From Clostridia bacterium (GTDB lineage: Bacteria; CBDUZB01; JAGLHV01): DNA of 61,595 nucleotides. The position numbers were made by a program, and so were the translations under genes. The first letter of the stretch is position 1, and the number at the start of each line of letters is the position of its first letter. This document shows positions 48,504 to 59,496 of this stretch, in pieces. Where the stretch lies: positions 1 to 61,595 of the forward strand of contig DAOVVV010000012.1 of assembly GCA_030637025.1 (NCBI GenBank). The letters run 5' to 3'. Under the pieces are notes generated by a model. The model was not told the origin of the DNA. It searched no databases and was given only the letters and a program-made list of their open reading frames with translations.

Positions 48504-49379
48504 ATGAAAGTAAGCGATATTATCAAAAGTAAAGAAAAAACTCTTTCTTTTGAGTTTTTTCCTCCCAAAACCCAACAGGGAGAAAGTATGTTTTTTGAAA
48601 CATTAAAAAAATTAAGTGTTTTTAAACCGGATTATGTTTCCATAACTTACGGTGCAGGTGGGACGACTAAGAATAAAACGATATCTATTGTAGAACGGAT
48701 TAACCGGGATAATACATTAGTTGTTGTTCCGCATTTAACCGGTATAGGGTGTGATAAAAAAGAAATAACCGATATTGTAGAGTATTATAAGAAAATCGGG
48801 ATAGAAAATATTTTAGCTCTTCGGGGCGATCCATGCCAGGAAACAAATAAATTACCCGAAGTAAAAAATGGGTTTAAATATGCGAAGGATTTAATTGGGT
48901 TTTTGAAGGATTTTAATCTTTTTTCTATTGGGGCAGGGGTTTATCCGGAGGGACATCCTGATGCAGCTGATTTGAATATGGATATGATTCATACCCGGCA
49001 AAAAGTAGCGGCAGGATCAGATTTTCTTATTACGCAGATGTTTTTTGATAATAGGGTTTTTTATGATTTTCTCCAAAGAGCAGATAAGGCAGGAATCAAT
49101 GTCCCTATTATTCCGGGGATTATGTTATTGAATAATTTCCCCAAAGTTAAACAATTAGCCGGTATGTGTAAAGCAACTATTCCTGTTGAGCTGGATAGAT
49201 TAATGACTAAGTATGCAGATTCACCGGAAAGTATAAAGAAAGCCGGTATCGATTATACTACTAACCAATGTGCAGATCTCATATCCCAGGGGATAAAGCA
49301 TTTTCATTTTTATACACTTAACCAGTGGGAATTTGCATCAAAAATAATAAACAACCTTTCCTTAGAAATAAAATCTTAA
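48504..49379 (+). CDS. metF: 5,10-methylenetetrahydrofolate reductase
   Basis: SFEFFPPK, SITYGAGG, LALRGDP, YPEGHP, ITQMFFD, HFYTLN. Confidence 0.95.
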   Translation: MKVSDIIKSKEKTLSFEFFPPKTQQGESMFFETLKKLSVFKPDYVSITYGAGGTTKNKTISIVERINRDNTLVVVPHLTGIGCDKKEITDIVEYYKKIGIENILALRGDPCQETNKLPEVKNGFKYAKDLIGFLKDFNLFSIGAGVYPEGHPDAADLNMDMIHTRQKVAAGSDFLITQMFFDNRVFYDFLQRADKAGINVPIIPGIMLLNNFPKVKQLAGMCKATIPVELDRLMTKYADSPESIKKAGIDYTTNQCADLISQGIKHFHFYTLNQWEFASKIINNLSLEIKS

Positions 49380-49419
49380 TTTTATAAAATGTTAAACAGG
49401 TCGATGAACATTTGGTAAT

Positions 49420-49667
49420 AAATTACCGGATATTTTTAGAAGAGATAAATAATTCTGCAACGGGAGAATATTTTCACCAATTCTAATAACGAAGATGTGG
49501 AGGTAATGATATTTGTAGTACGGGATAACTTACCACTAAACAGCGATACATCTTTAATCTGGGATGGTCGTAATAATAGTGGGAGTTGTGTAAGTGGTAA
49601 GGTATAGGTATATCAAATTAAAATAGGTGGTAAAGTGTTTAACGGGAGGGTAGTGGTGGCAAAATAA
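49420..49667 (+). pseudogene. Decayed remnant of an FlgD-Ig/gliding-motility-type C-terminal domain
   Basis: SLIWDGRNNSGSCVSGKV*VYQIKIGGKVFNGRVVVAK*; no intact upstream frame. Confidence 0.65.
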
Positions 49668-49826
49668 AGACAAAATATGTTTTTCTCTAAACGCGTAATT
49701 TTACCCTTCGGGCACATAAAAATAAGCTAAAAATGAGCAACTCGCTTTGCTCAGACATGCTCATTTTTTTAACGCATATTTTTATTAAAATTCGCTAAGT
49801 CGTTCAAAACACATTGTGTCTTTATT
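49663..49826. repeat. 164-bp long-hairpin / MITE-like repeat, copy 2
   Basis: Colinear with 34627-34790; terminal inverted repeats AATAAAGACA...TGTCTTTATT. Confidence 0.85.
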
Positions 49827-50010
49827 TTTATATGACATGAAAAAGTGTGACCCATTTTATGTCAAGACAGCTTTAATGTATTAAGGATATACAAAAATTC
49901 TCTACTTGCCAAAAATAAATTTTAAGTATATAATAACTTTTACCCAAAATTTTAAAAAAAATGAACACTTTAAATGTTAAAAAGATAATATTTGTGATGA
50001 GGGAGGTTTT

Positions 50011-50559
50011 ATGACACAAAATATGGTTCTTACTGCCGTGGGTAAAGACAGACCGGGAATAGTTGCGGCAGTATCCAGGGTTCTTTATGAGTCAGGATGG
50101 AATATTGAAGACTCCAGTATGAATTTATTAAAAGGAGAATTTGCTATGATATTAATTATATCCGGCAAAGAGGGTATTCCCCTGGCTCAATTTAATGAAA
50201 AATTTGATTCTTTAAGAAAGACATTGGAGTTGTCCATATATTTACGAGAGCTTTCTGCTGATGAATTAGTTCATAAAGTACAGGAGCAGGTAAGTCTTTA
50301 TGCTATTTCTGTTTATGGTACGGATAAACCCGGGATTGTATATGAAATAACAGAGTTATTGGCTAATAGAAATGTAAATGTTGTTGATGTTAATACTCAA
50401 ATTGCCGGAAGTAAAGAATCCCCGGTGTATGTTATGTTATTAGAAGCGGAGGTTCCGTTTGATATTAAAGAGGAACAGTTACGGGAAGACCTTCAAAGTA
50501 AAGGAAAAGAACTTGGAGTAAATGTTAGTATTCATTTAGTAGAAACTGAGGAATTATGA
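50011..50559 (+). CDS. GcvR-like tandem ACT domain protein
   Basis: GKDRPGIV and GTDKPGIV ACT repeats. Confidence 0.88.
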   Translation: MTQNMVLTAVGKDRPGIVAAVSRVLYESGWNIEDSSMNLLKGEFAMILIISGKEGIPLAQFNEKFDSLRKTLELSIYLRELSADELVHKVQEQVSLYAISVYGTDKPGIVYEITELLANRNVNVVDVNTQIAGSKESPVYVMLLEAEVPFDIKEEQLREDLQSKGKELGVNVSIHLVETEEL

Positions 50560-50560
50560 T

Positions 50561-51076
50561 ATGGCGGTGTTGAAGGTATTACAGTATCCTGATGAGATTT
50601 TAAAAGAAAAATGCATATTGATAAAAAAAATTGATTCTCAAATTAATCAATTAATTGATGATATGATAGAATCTTTGCAGTCTTTTCCGGGTTGTGTAGG
50701 AATTGCTGCTCCGCAGATAGGTTCTTCCGTACAACTTATTGTTGTAGATGTTGGCGGGCATAAAAAAACAACCATTTCTCATGGGTTAGTGGTTCTTTTA
50801 AATCCGGTTATCCGGATGCAGGAAGGGGAAATAATTAGTAGGGAAGGGTGTTTAAGCTTGCCGGATTATACAGGAAATGTAAAAAGGGCTGTAAAAATCA
50901 GGGTTTGTGCTCAAAATCGTCTTGGTCAACCCATAGAAATACAAACTGAAGGATTTGAAGCAATTGTTTTGCAGCATGAGATAGACCATCTTAATGGGAT
51001 TTTATTTGTTGACCGGATTATTTCCTTAAAAACAGATTTATTTCGCCGTAAATTTTATAAAAAACAGGAAAAATAA
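50561..51076 (+). CDS. def: Peptide deformylase
   Basis: GIAAPQIG, EGCLS, QHEIDHLNG. Confidence 0.96.
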   Translation: MAVLKVLQYPDEILKEKCILIKKIDSQINQLIDDMIESLQSFPGCVGIAAPQIGSSVQLIVVDVGGHKKTTISHGLVVLLNPVIRMQEGEIISREGCLSLPDYTGNVKRAVKIRVCAQNRLGQPIEIQTEGFEAIVLQHEIDHLNGILFVDRIISLKTDLFRRKFYKKQEK

Positions 51077-51219
51077 AGTGAAAATTATTTTAAAAAGTGA
51101 AAAGAAAGCAGGATAAATAATATATTAGTTAATCATTGAATCCAAGTATTCCTTCATTAAATATTAGTTAGATATATTTTTTCTGCTAATATAAAATTCA
51201 GGTTAAAGAGGTAGTTGTT

Positions 51220-51265
51220 TTCGCTAAAATTTGATAAATAGTTCAAAACACATTTTGCCTTTATT
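51220..51265. repeat. Right-end fragment of the 164-bp repeat
   Basis: GTTCAAAACACATTTTGCCTTTATT matches the right ends of both full copies. Confidence 0.7.
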
Positions 51266-51366
51266 TTTTCTGTTTTAGATTTAAGTTTTTAAATTTTAGT
51301 ATTTATAATTTCGAATTTAGAATTTATTAATTTGTAATCGTCTTTAGTCTTTCTCTTATTTGTGTC

Positions 51367-51397
51367 TATGGACTGTAGACTGTGGACTATGGACTGT
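51367..51397. repeat. Short heptamer tandem repeat
   Basis: TATGGAC TGTAGAC TGTGGAC TATGGAC TGT. Confidence 0.6.
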
Positions 51398-51490
51398 TTC
51401 CCGAATATAATTTGGTTGATTTTTAAACTGGTTTTTTGTACAAATAAAAATATTATACGGATTGAATTTTTGAATAAGGAATAAAAAACA

Positions 51491-53641
51491 ATGAAACAGG
51501 TGGTTCAGAATTATAAAACAGGCAAAATAAAACTGGAAGAAGTTTCTGTCCCTTTTTGTAAATCCGGTGGTGTTGTAGTGCGAAATATTTGTTCTGCGGT
51601 TAGCGTGGGTACAGAGAGGTTAATGATTGATATGGCTAAAAAGAGTTTACTGGGGAAGGCAATTGCCCGGCCGGATCTGGTTCGTTTAGCTTATCAGAAA
51701 GCATTAAAAGAAGGATTTATAAGTGTTTTTAAAGAGGCGATGAATCGTTTGGATGAGTCGATACCCATGGGATATAGTTCCGGTGGGGAGATTGTAGAAA
51801 TAGGGAAAGGAGTTAGTCGGTTTAAGGTGGGGGACAGGGTGGTTTGTGCCGGGGCAGGGTTTGCTGTGCATGCTCAATATATATGGATACCGGAAAATTT
51901 ATGTATTAAGTTTCCTGATATTCTGGATTTTGAGTCAGCATCTTTTGGAATGATAGGAGCAATTGCCGTTAACGGTATAAGAAAAGCCAATTTAACTTTT
52001 GGTGAAAATGTTGCGGTAATAGGGTTGGGATTAATCGGGTTAATTACTGTTCAGGTTTTAAAATCTTATGGATGTCGGGTGGTGGGTATTGACTTAGATA
52101 AAAACAAAGTAAATCTGGCAGAAGAATTGGGAGTTGATTTAGGTCTAAAGGTAGATAAAGATAATATTTTGTCTGAAGTAGAAAATTTTACCCGGAAGAA
52201 TGGTTTTGATGCAGTAATTATTACGGCGGCAAGCGGTGATACAAAACCTGTTCGATTGGCAGAAGATATTGTCAGGAGAAAAGGAAGAATAGTTTTAGTC
52301 GGTGTAGCTGATTTAAAATTAACCAGAAAAATTTTCTGGGAAAAAGAATTATCTTTTATTGTAGCCAGGGCAGCAGGTGAGGAAAATGATTATCATCCGG
52401 AAATTAATCGTTGGACACAGGGAAGGAATATAGAGCATTTTATCGATCTTTTAATCAAAAACAAAGTAAAAATGGATAAATTAATTACCCATTATTTTAA
52501 AATAGAAGAAGCCTTAAAATGTTATGATATGATTCTTAAAAAGAAAGAACCTCATATAGGGGTTGTTTTCAGGTATAGTGATAATTTAGAAATTAATGAT
52601 AGTGCAAAAAAAACAAGGCTGGTTTTTAAACAGGACAGCCTTAAAAAACAATTTTCCAGATTAAATGTTGGTGTTATTGGGGGAGGAAATTTCACTAAAA
52701 ATATTTTGTTGCCGGCTTTAAAAAAAGTTAACGGAATAAATCTGGTTGGTATAGCTACTACTAAAGGTATATCTTCCCAACAAGTCGGGAAAAAATTCGG
52801 ATTCAATTATTGCTCGTCAGATTATAAAGAAATTTTAACTGATAAATCGATAGGAAGTATTATTGTTTCTACCCAGCACAATCTTCATTCTATAATGATT
52901 ATAGATGGGTTAAAAGCGGAGAAAAATGTTTTTGTAGAAAAGCCCTTATGTCTTAATATTGCTGAGTTAAAAGAGATAGTAAAAATATTTAGCGGCTCAG
53001 GACAAAGGTTAATGGTAGGGTTTAATAGAAGATTTAGTTCTTTAACTATGCAAGCCAAGTCTTGTTTGGAAAAAAGAAGTACGGCATTAATGCTGAATTA
53101 TAGAGTTAATGCGGGAAATGTTGCCGATGGCCATTGGGTGAATGACATAGAGGTTAGCGGCGGAAGAATTATTGGCGAGATATGTCATTTTATTGATTTT
53201 TTTCAATTTATTACCAATGCTCACCCGCAAAAAATCTATGTTGAGTCTATAGGTGGAAACCAGGGTAAGTATTCCCATGGTGACAATGTTTGCTTAACTG
53301 TATGTCTTTCCGATGGTTCGGTAGGAACAATTATTTATAACACAAAAGGATCCAAAGCTTTTTCCAGAGAGAGGATAGAAATTTTCTCTGAAGATTCTGT
53401 GGTAATGATAGAAGATTTTAAAAAGTTAATAATGGTTAAAGGAAATAAGAAGAGACGGATTGTTAAAATGTCTCAGGATTTAGGTTATGTTAATGAATTG
53501 AATTGTTTTTTTGATGCGGATAGATTTAATCATGAGGATTTTTTTAAGCAATACTTATATACCTCTTTAGCTACTTTTAAAGCGTTAGATTCTCTTAAAA
53601 CAGGAAAGTGTGTTAAAATAGAATTGGAAGAAGTTTTATAA
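51491..53641 (+). CDS. Bi-domain oxidoreductase (MDR/Zn-ADH-like + Gfo/Idh/MocA) of polysaccharide biosynthesis
   Basis: SVGTE, GYSSGG, GLGLIG; second domain IGGGNF, VFVEKPL, VGFNRRF, GEICHFID. Confidence 0.88.
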   Translation: MKQVVQNYKTGKIKLEEVSVPFCKSGGVVVRNICSAVSVGTERLMIDMAKKSLLGKAIARPDLVRLAYQKALKEGFISVFKEAMNRLDESIPMGYSSGGEIVEIGKGVSRFKVGDRVVCAGAGFAVHAQYIWIPENLCIKFPDILDFESASFGMIGAIAVNGIRKANLTFGENVAVIGLGLIGLITVQVLKSYGCRVVGIDLDKNKVNLAEELGVDLGLKVDKDNILSEVENFTRKNGFDAVIITAASGDTKPVRLAEDIVRRKGRIVLVGVADLKLTRKIFWEKELSFIVARAAGEENDYHPEINRWTQGRNIEHFIDLLIKNKVKMDKLITHYFKIEEALKCYDMILKKKEPHIGVVFRYSDNLEINDSAKKTRLVFKQDSLKKQFSRLNVGVIGGGNFTKNILLPALKKVNGINLVGIATTKGISSQQVGKKFGFNYCSSDYKEILTDKSIGSIIVSTQHNLHSIMIIDGLKAEKNVFVEKPLCLNIAELKEIVKIFSGSGQRLMVGFNRRFSSLTMQAKSCLEKRSTALMLNYRVNAGNVADGHWVNDIEVSGGRIIGEICHFIDFFQFITNAHPQKIYVESIGGNQGKYSHGDNVCLTVCLSDGSVGTIIYNTKGSKAFSRERIEIFSEDSVVMIEDFKKLIMVKGNKKRRIVKMSQDLGYVNELNCFFDADRFNHEDFFKQYLYTSLATFKALDSLKTGKCVKIELEEVL

Positions 53642-53643
53642 AA

Positions 53644-54876
53644 ATGATAAAAGTATTATTGTTAACTGCGTATTTCCCTCCCGAAATTGGTTCTGCTTCT
53701 CACCTTTTTTACGAACTTGCAGAAAGTTTAGCCAAAAAAAAGTACAAGGTTACTTTAATTACAGGATTTCCCAGATATAATGTAGATAAAAAAATAGTGG
53801 ATTCTTATAAGGGTAAGTTTCTGGTACAGGAATTAGTAGCGGGAATTAAAGTTATCAGAGTAAGAATACCTGGTTTTTCCGGGAGCATTCCTTTATTTAA
53901 AGGATTAAATCAGTTTATTACTGCCTTTTGCTTTTTAGGTGTCGGCCTGTTTTTTAAGGCTGGTGACCTTATTCTTCTTTATTCACCCCCTCTTCCTTTA
54001 GGGCTTTCGGGATATTTTTTAGCTAAAATGAAAAAAATTCCTCTGGTAATTAATATTCAGGATTTATTTCCCCAGAGTGCAATAGACCTGCACGTTTTAA
54101 AAAACAGATATTTAATTAAATTCTTTGAAATTATAGAAAAATTTATTTATAAAAAGACAGACTTTATTACCGTTCATTCATCGGGAAATAAAAAGGATGT
54201 GATTAATAAAGGTGCTTTTCCTCAGAAAGTAGAGGTCATCCCTAATTGGGTGGATACGGATTTAATAAAGCCGTCAGACAGATTTAACCAATTTAGAAAA
54301 GACCATTGTTTGAATAATAGATTTATTGTTTCTTTTGTAGGTGTGATGGGGTATTCTCAGGACATGGAAATTATAATGGAAAGTGCTTTACAATTAAGAG
54401 ATTATGAGAAAATAGTATTTCTTCTGGTAGGAGGAGGGATTAAAAAAGAGGGATTAGAGAGAAAAGTAAAAATGAATAATTTGAATAATGTAATATTTGT
54501 TCCTTTTCAACCCAGAGAAAAATATCCTTCTGTTTTAGCTGCTTCGGATATTTGTCTGGTAACTCTCAAAGAAAAAGTAAAAACACCGGTAGTTCCTTCG
54601 AAAATAGTATCGATTATGAGTAGTGCCCGTCCTTTAATTGCCAGTATGAGTTCCCAAGGGGATGCTATTCGGATTATTAAGGAGGCTCAATGTGGACTTT
54701 GTGTCGAGCCGGGAAATTCGCAAATGTTGACACAGGCTATTATTAAATTATATAATAACCTTTCTTTAAGGAACCAATTAAGTAAAAATGGTAGAATGTA
54801 TGCCCAAAAGTATTTTGCCAGACATATTTGTATAGCTAAATACGATATAATATTTAAGAAAATTCTCAAACAATAA
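53644..54876 (+). CDS. GT4 family glycosyltransferase (WbuB-like)
   Basis: YFPPEIG, SPPLPL, IQDLFP, IPNWVD, VPSKI. Confidence 0.9.
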   Translation: MIKVLLLTAYFPPEIGSASHLFYELAESLAKKKYKVTLITGFPRYNVDKKIVDSYKGKFLVQELVAGIKVIRVRIPGFSGSIPLFKGLNQFITAFCFLGVGLFFKAGDLILLYSPPLPLGLSGYFLAKMKKIPLVINIQDLFPQSAIDLHVLKNRYLIKFFEIIEKFIYKKTDFITVHSSGNKKDVINKGAFPQKVEVIPNWVDTDLIKPSDRFNQFRKDHCLNNRFIVSFVGVMGYSQDMEIIMESALQLRDYEKIVFLLVGGGIKKEGLERKVKMNNLNNVIFVPFQPREKYPSVLAASDICLVTLKEKVKTPVVPSKIVSIMSSARPLIASMSSQGDAIRIIKEAQCGLCVEPGNSQMLTQAIIKLYNNLSLRNQLSKNGRMYAQKYFARHICIAKYDIIFKKILKQ

Positions 54877-54900
54877 AGGGGGGGGATTTTATTTAGGGTT

Positions 54901-55902
54901 ATGGTAAAAAATAATTTTTTAAAAGAATATAAAAATAAAAAAGTACTTATTACCGGTGGTGCCGGCTGTATCGGGAGTAATTTAATTTACGCTTTAGCTT
55001 AGTTGGAATTAAAAAAAATTGTTATTATAGATGATCTTTCTTCTTCTTCAAGATGGAATATTCCTGAAGTTTCCAATCTTGTTTTTGTTGAAGGGGATAT
55101 TTTAAATGAAACATTGTTAAAAGAACTTTTTTCGGAAAAGCCGGATTATGTGTTTCATTTAGCTGCTTTATTTGCCAACCAAAATTCTGTTGAACATCCT
55201 CAAAGAGATTTAATGGTAAGTGGGATAGGGACATTAAGGATTCTTCAGCAAGCTAATTTGTCAGGGGTAAAAAAAATTGTTTATGCTTCTTCCGGATGTT
55301 CTGTTTATGGTAATCATGCCCCCTTACCTCTAAAAGAAGATTATATATCAATAAATCTGGATACCCCTTATCAGGTTACTAAGTTAGTAGGGGAATTATA
55401 TTGTAATTTTTTTTACAATTATTATTCTTTACCGGTAGTAAGATTAAGGTTTTTTAATGTTTATGGTCCGGGAGAAATACCCGGCAAATATCGAAATGTT
55501 ATCCCTAATTTTATTTATTGGGCAATGCATAAGCATCCTTTGCCTATTACCGGGACAGGCAGGGAAACAAGGGATTTTACTTATGTAGAAGATATAGTCA
55601 AGGGTATTTTAGCTGCCGGGGTAATTCCTCAAGCAGTCGGTGAGGCAATAAACCTTGCTTCAGGAAAAGAAACGAAGATTATTGATTTAGCAAAATCAAT
55701 AAATAGTAGTTTAAATAATAAAGAAATAATTTTTCAGGAAAGAAGAAAATGGGATAAAGCAAGCTGTAGAAGAGCATCTATTGTCAAAGCAAGGAAAATT
55801 TTAGGGTATGAACCCAAAGTAGAGTTTTCCACCGGGTTAGAAAAAACAATTGATTGGATTAAGCAAAATATTACAAAAATAGAGCAGAGTGTAAAGTTTT
55901 AA
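54901..55902 (+). pseudogene. NAD-dependent nucleotide-sugar epimerase/dehydratase with in-frame TAG at 55000-55002
   Basis: ATG 54901 gives VLITGGAGCIGSNL (Rossmann motif), then TAG; the same frame continues HLAA, YQVTK, FFNVYGP, RDFTYV. Confidence 0.85.
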
Positions 55903-56153
55903 AATTAAATATTTTTTTTATATACACTAAAAATGTTATTCGTTAAAAGCTTTTAGCAGTAAAATAACTTTATAATTTAGTTTCTTACTGTAGATGGAAA
56001 ACAGTATTATTATTAGTATTATTTTATAAAAATTACAGTTTTTAGAAGACTAATTTATTAGAGAGAAGTAGACAGGCAAAATCTAATTGACAAAAGAATA
56101 TATTTATGATACTTTTATAAAGAAATAATTTGAAATATAGGGGGTAAGAATAA

Positions 56154-57023
56154 ATGAAACAAAGGATTTTAAAAGTAGTATTGATGTTAGGTCTGTTGAT
56201 TTTGCCAATGAAACTTAATGCTCAAGAGTATAAAGATGTCAAGCCTAAGATTAGAAATATAATTAGAAAGTTTAAAACGAATGGGGTGTTAAACAGTTTT
56301 ATTGGTAAATATGGAAAAGGATATTTTCGTCCAACAGCAACGATAAAAAGGGAAGATTTGCTAGTGGCTCTTTATGAATATGATAAATTTACTCGTACTT
56401 TAATGGAATATCAAAAAGTGTTGGATAAAAAAGTGCGTAATTTAACTACTCAATTAAATAAAACAAAACAGCAGTTGGCTGTTTTGCAAAAAGGAGGAGT
56501 AGGTAAAGAGAATATGGGTATGATATTATCTGAAATTAAAAAAGAATTACCATTGCTGGCAAAAGGCGGAGCTTTAACTCAAAAAACCGAACAGAGGATT
56601 GATCTTTTAGAGGAAAAAATAGATTTTTTAAGTGCAGGAAAAGGTGGAAAAACCACTAGTGTGGGTGCAATTAGCCGAATTATTCGTACTTCTCCTCAAG
56701 TTAAAATGGTGATAAGAAAAGAGGTTAAGGCAGTACTAGATAAAAGTTCTTCATCAATGCAGGTAAGGGGTTCGGTAGATATGAAAAAAATTATCAGAGA
56801 GGTTCGGAAAGATTTACCTCGTTTAATGGGTAATATTCCTATTCCTAAAAAAATACGGGCAGAATTTATTGCGGTGAAGGAAAAAATGAGTTTATTAGAA
56901 GAACTTAGTGAAGAAATAGGAGAAGATATGTTTGCTAATATGCTTAGTAATTCCCGTAAAGTTAAAAAAGCCCTGAGCAAAGAAGTTCGGAAAATTAATT
57001 CCAGAAGAAGAAAAAGAAAATAG
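56154..57023 (+). CDS. Exported SLH-like + coiled-coil protein, paralog of 41531-42271
   Basis: YKDV...KYGKGYFRPTATIKREDLLVALYEY; internally repeated helical module; basic C-terminus. Confidence 0.65.
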   Translation: MKQRILKVVLMLGLLILPMKLNAQEYKDVKPKIRNIIRKFKTNGVLNSFIGKYGKGYFRPTATIKREDLLVALYEYDKFTRTLMEYQKVLDKKVRNLTTQLNKTKQQLAVLQKGGVGKENMGMILSEIKKELPLLAKGGALTQKTEQRIDLLEEKIDFLSAGKGGKTTSVGAISRIIRTSPQVKMVIRKEVKAVLDKSSSSMQVRGSVDMKKIIREVRKDLPRLMGNIPIPKKIRAEFIAVKEKMSLLEELSEEIGEDMFANMLSNSRKVKKALSKEVRKINSRRRKRK

Positions 57024-57079
57024 TGTTTTAGAAAAAAAACGGTAATAAACAATTATTTTTTAAAAGAGCAGGGGGGGTA

Positions 57080-59341
57080 ATGTTTAAATTAGTGTTAAAG
57101 AAAAAAGCAGAAATTATTTTAGAATGTATTTTGGATGACCGGCAAATTGTTGTAGGTAGTGCGGAAGAGTGTGATATTAGAATTGAAGATAAGATGGTTT
57201 CTTTACAACATTGCATAATAAAGAAAGAAAATAGCCAGTTTGTAGTTCAGGATTTAAAAACCGCTTATGGGACTTTAGTGAACGGGAAAAAAATAGAAAG
57301 TAGTCAATTAAAAGTTAATGATGAAATTGGAATAAGTCCTTATTCTTTGGTTTTAAGAGAAAAAATTCAAAGAAGAAAAAAAGAATTAAAGTCGTATAAT
57401 TTGCTGGGTATTCATGGTGCTTTTGAAGGTAAAAAATATGAATTAGAGTATGGTGAAACGAGAATTGGAAGGAGTGATGTTTTTAATGAAATTATTCTCT
57501 GGGGAAATGTTGATCCCAGCGTTTCACGAAGACATGCGACTATTACTTTTCAGGATAACCAATATGTTTTAACTGACAAAAGAAGCAGAAACAGAACATT
57601 TGTTAATAAAAAAGAAGTAGGAGAAGATGAATCGATTCTTTTGCAGTCTAAGGATGAAATTCTAATCGGACGTACGATTTTCAGATTTGTAGAGGAAGAT
57701 GACCATGATTATTCTCCTCCTACCAAAGCAGGTATTTTTCTGGTGAGATTCAAATATCCTTTTTTTAAATTTTTATCAGCAGCGCTTGTTTTAACGGGCT
57801 TATTTTTATTTTATTTCGGAATAAGAGGAATTTTGATAATTAAACATAAGCCGAATATGTTTACGATGAAACTCTTTATGACTTTTAAAACGGATGAAGA
57901 AAGAGAAATTTTACAGCAGACTCCTGATTACTTTTCTTCAGAAGAAGTTTATGCAATTACTTCTTCTCCGGCAATAGGAGATTTGAATAACGATGGGCGA
58001 AATGAAATTGTCCTTGCTACGACCGGCGGATATCTTTATGCCTGGAGTGGTACAACAGGAGAAAAGATATGGGAAGAACCTGTTAAAATAGGAACTAAAA
58101 TAGTATCATCGCCTTCTTTGATAGATATGAATGGAGATGGTGCGAAAGACATTATTATTGGTTCGAATGATTCTTGCCTTTATATTATCGATGGGCCTAC
58201 CGGTAAATTGATTTATAAAAGTGAAATATTGGGGGGGAATTTGCGTTCTTCTCCGGTAGTTTATGACTTAGATGGGGATAACTGGCTGGATATAGTAATT
58301 TGTTCTGAACAGGGAAGGGTTTATTTTATTTATTCTCCTCTTTTTGAATCTAAAATAGAAATAAAAAATGTGGTAGGAAATATTTATTCTTCCCCTATGG
58401 TATTTGTAGAAAGGGGAAGTGCTAAAACAGTTGTTGGAACTATTGAGGGGAAATTGTATTTTTTTAATGGTAAAGCAGAGGTAGATAATATTATATACCT
58501 TACAGAAGTGATAAATAAAAATCTGGGTATTTATTTGCCGCTTAACGAAATAACTCCAACAGCAGCTGAGGGTGATTTGGATGGAGATCAAATCCCGGAT
58601 GTTGTAATTGCTGATAAACAATATTATGTATCTGTGGTGAGAGGAGATGATAAAGAATTACTTTGGGACCCTTATTATATTGAACCAATTTCAGAAAAAA
58701 TTTCTCCTTTTTATTATTCTTCACCGGTTTTAACAGATTTAGACGGCGATAACAATCTGGATATTATTGTTGCCAGTTGTAATGGGGGAATATTTGCTAT
58801 AAAGGGGATTTCCGGAGAGCTTCTTTGGAAGTATGATACGGGGGTAGAAAACAGAATAATTTCTTCACCTGCCCTGGCTGATCTGGATAAGGACGGAATA
58901 GCGGATATAATAATTGGTAATGAAGACGGAAGTTTATATGTTTTGAGAGGTAGAGCCAATCTTTCTGATAAAGTAAACCGTCTTTTGTTTAAAGAAAAAA
59001 TTTCGTCTATACCTATTACTGCTTCTGCTGTAGTAGGCGATGTGCAAGGAAATGGATATCTTGATATTGTAAGTAGTTGTATGGATAATAGAATAGGGGT
59101 TTATTCGACTAACACAAAAATATTTAAAAACCAGGTAGTTTGGCCTATGTTTCATTCCAATACCCGGCATTCAGGAAGATATTCTTTTGAAAATAAATTG
59201 TTTCCTTTTTGTATTAAATTTTTGGGAGGTTTTCTTTTAGTATTAATGACGATTTTTACAAATTTATTTATTATAAAAAGGAAAAAAAGAAAAAGACCCC
59301 AGGTTTTGTTCGAAAATAATAAAAACGAAAAAAGGAACTAG
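57080..59341 (+). CDS. Membrane protein: two FHA domains + TM + FG-GAP/PQQ-like beta-propeller + TM
   Basis: VSLQHC...DLKTAYGTLVNG and IGRS...VSRRHA...NRTFVN FHA domains; repeated SSP..GDLDGDG. Confidence 0.85.
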   Translation: MFKLVLKKKAEIILECILDDRQIVVGSAEECDIRIEDKMVSLQHCIIKKENSQFVVQDLKTAYGTLVNGKKIESSQLKVNDEIGISPYSLVLREKIQRRKKELKSYNLLGIHGAFEGKKYELEYGETRIGRSDVFNEIILWGNVDPSVSRRHATITFQDNQYVLTDKRSRNRTFVNKKEVGEDESILLQSKDEILIGRTIFRFVEEDDHDYSPPTKAGIFLVRFKYPFFKFLSAALVLTGLFLFYFGIRGILIIKHKPNMFTMKLFMTFKTDEEREILQQTPDYFSSEEVYAITSSPAIGDLNNDGRNEIVLATTGGYLYAWSGTTGEKIWEEPVKIGTKIVSSPSLIDMNGDGAKDIIIGSNDSCLYIIDGPTGKLIYKSEILGGNLRSSPVVYDLDGDNWLDIVICSEQGRVYFIYSPLFESKIEIKNVVGNIYSSPMVFVERGSAKTVVGTIEGKLYFFNGKAEVDNIIYLTEVINKNLGIYLPLNEITPTAAEGDLDGDQIPDVVIADKQYYVSVVRGDDKELLWDPYYIEPISEKISPFYYSSPVLTDLDGDNNLDIIVASCNGGIFAIKGISGELLWKYDTGVENRIISSPALADLDKDGIADIIIGNEDGSLYVLRGRANLSDKVNRLLFKEKISSIPITASAVVGDVQGNGYLDIVSSCMDNRIGVYSTNTKIFKNQVVWPMFHSNTRHSGRYSFENKLFPFCIKFLGGFLLVLMTIFTNLFIIKRKKRKRPQVLFENNKNEKRN

Positions 59342-59496
59342 TAGGGATATTTAAGATATGTTTTTAAAAAAGATTATACTTTAAGTAGAAAAGAAAAAGC
59401 AAAAATTGATATTTGTCCGGGATGGTTGAGTAATTTTTTTGTATTTTTTTTTAACTGAGAGTTGATAAGAAATAAGACAAAAGGAGAAATTTTTTT

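Noticed and set aside
51270-51400. Heptamer repeats as a phase-variation tract for the polysaccharide operon
   Set aside because: The units are degenerate, few and intergenic; no link to a promoter spacer can be shown
8160-55002. Stop-codon reassignment (TAG to Gln/Pyl or TGA to Gly/Trp) suggested by several in-frame stops
   Set aside because: The lesions use all three stop codons, and many intact genes end at TAG or TGA exactly where their families end (e.g. 6920, 27296, 34590, 3110)
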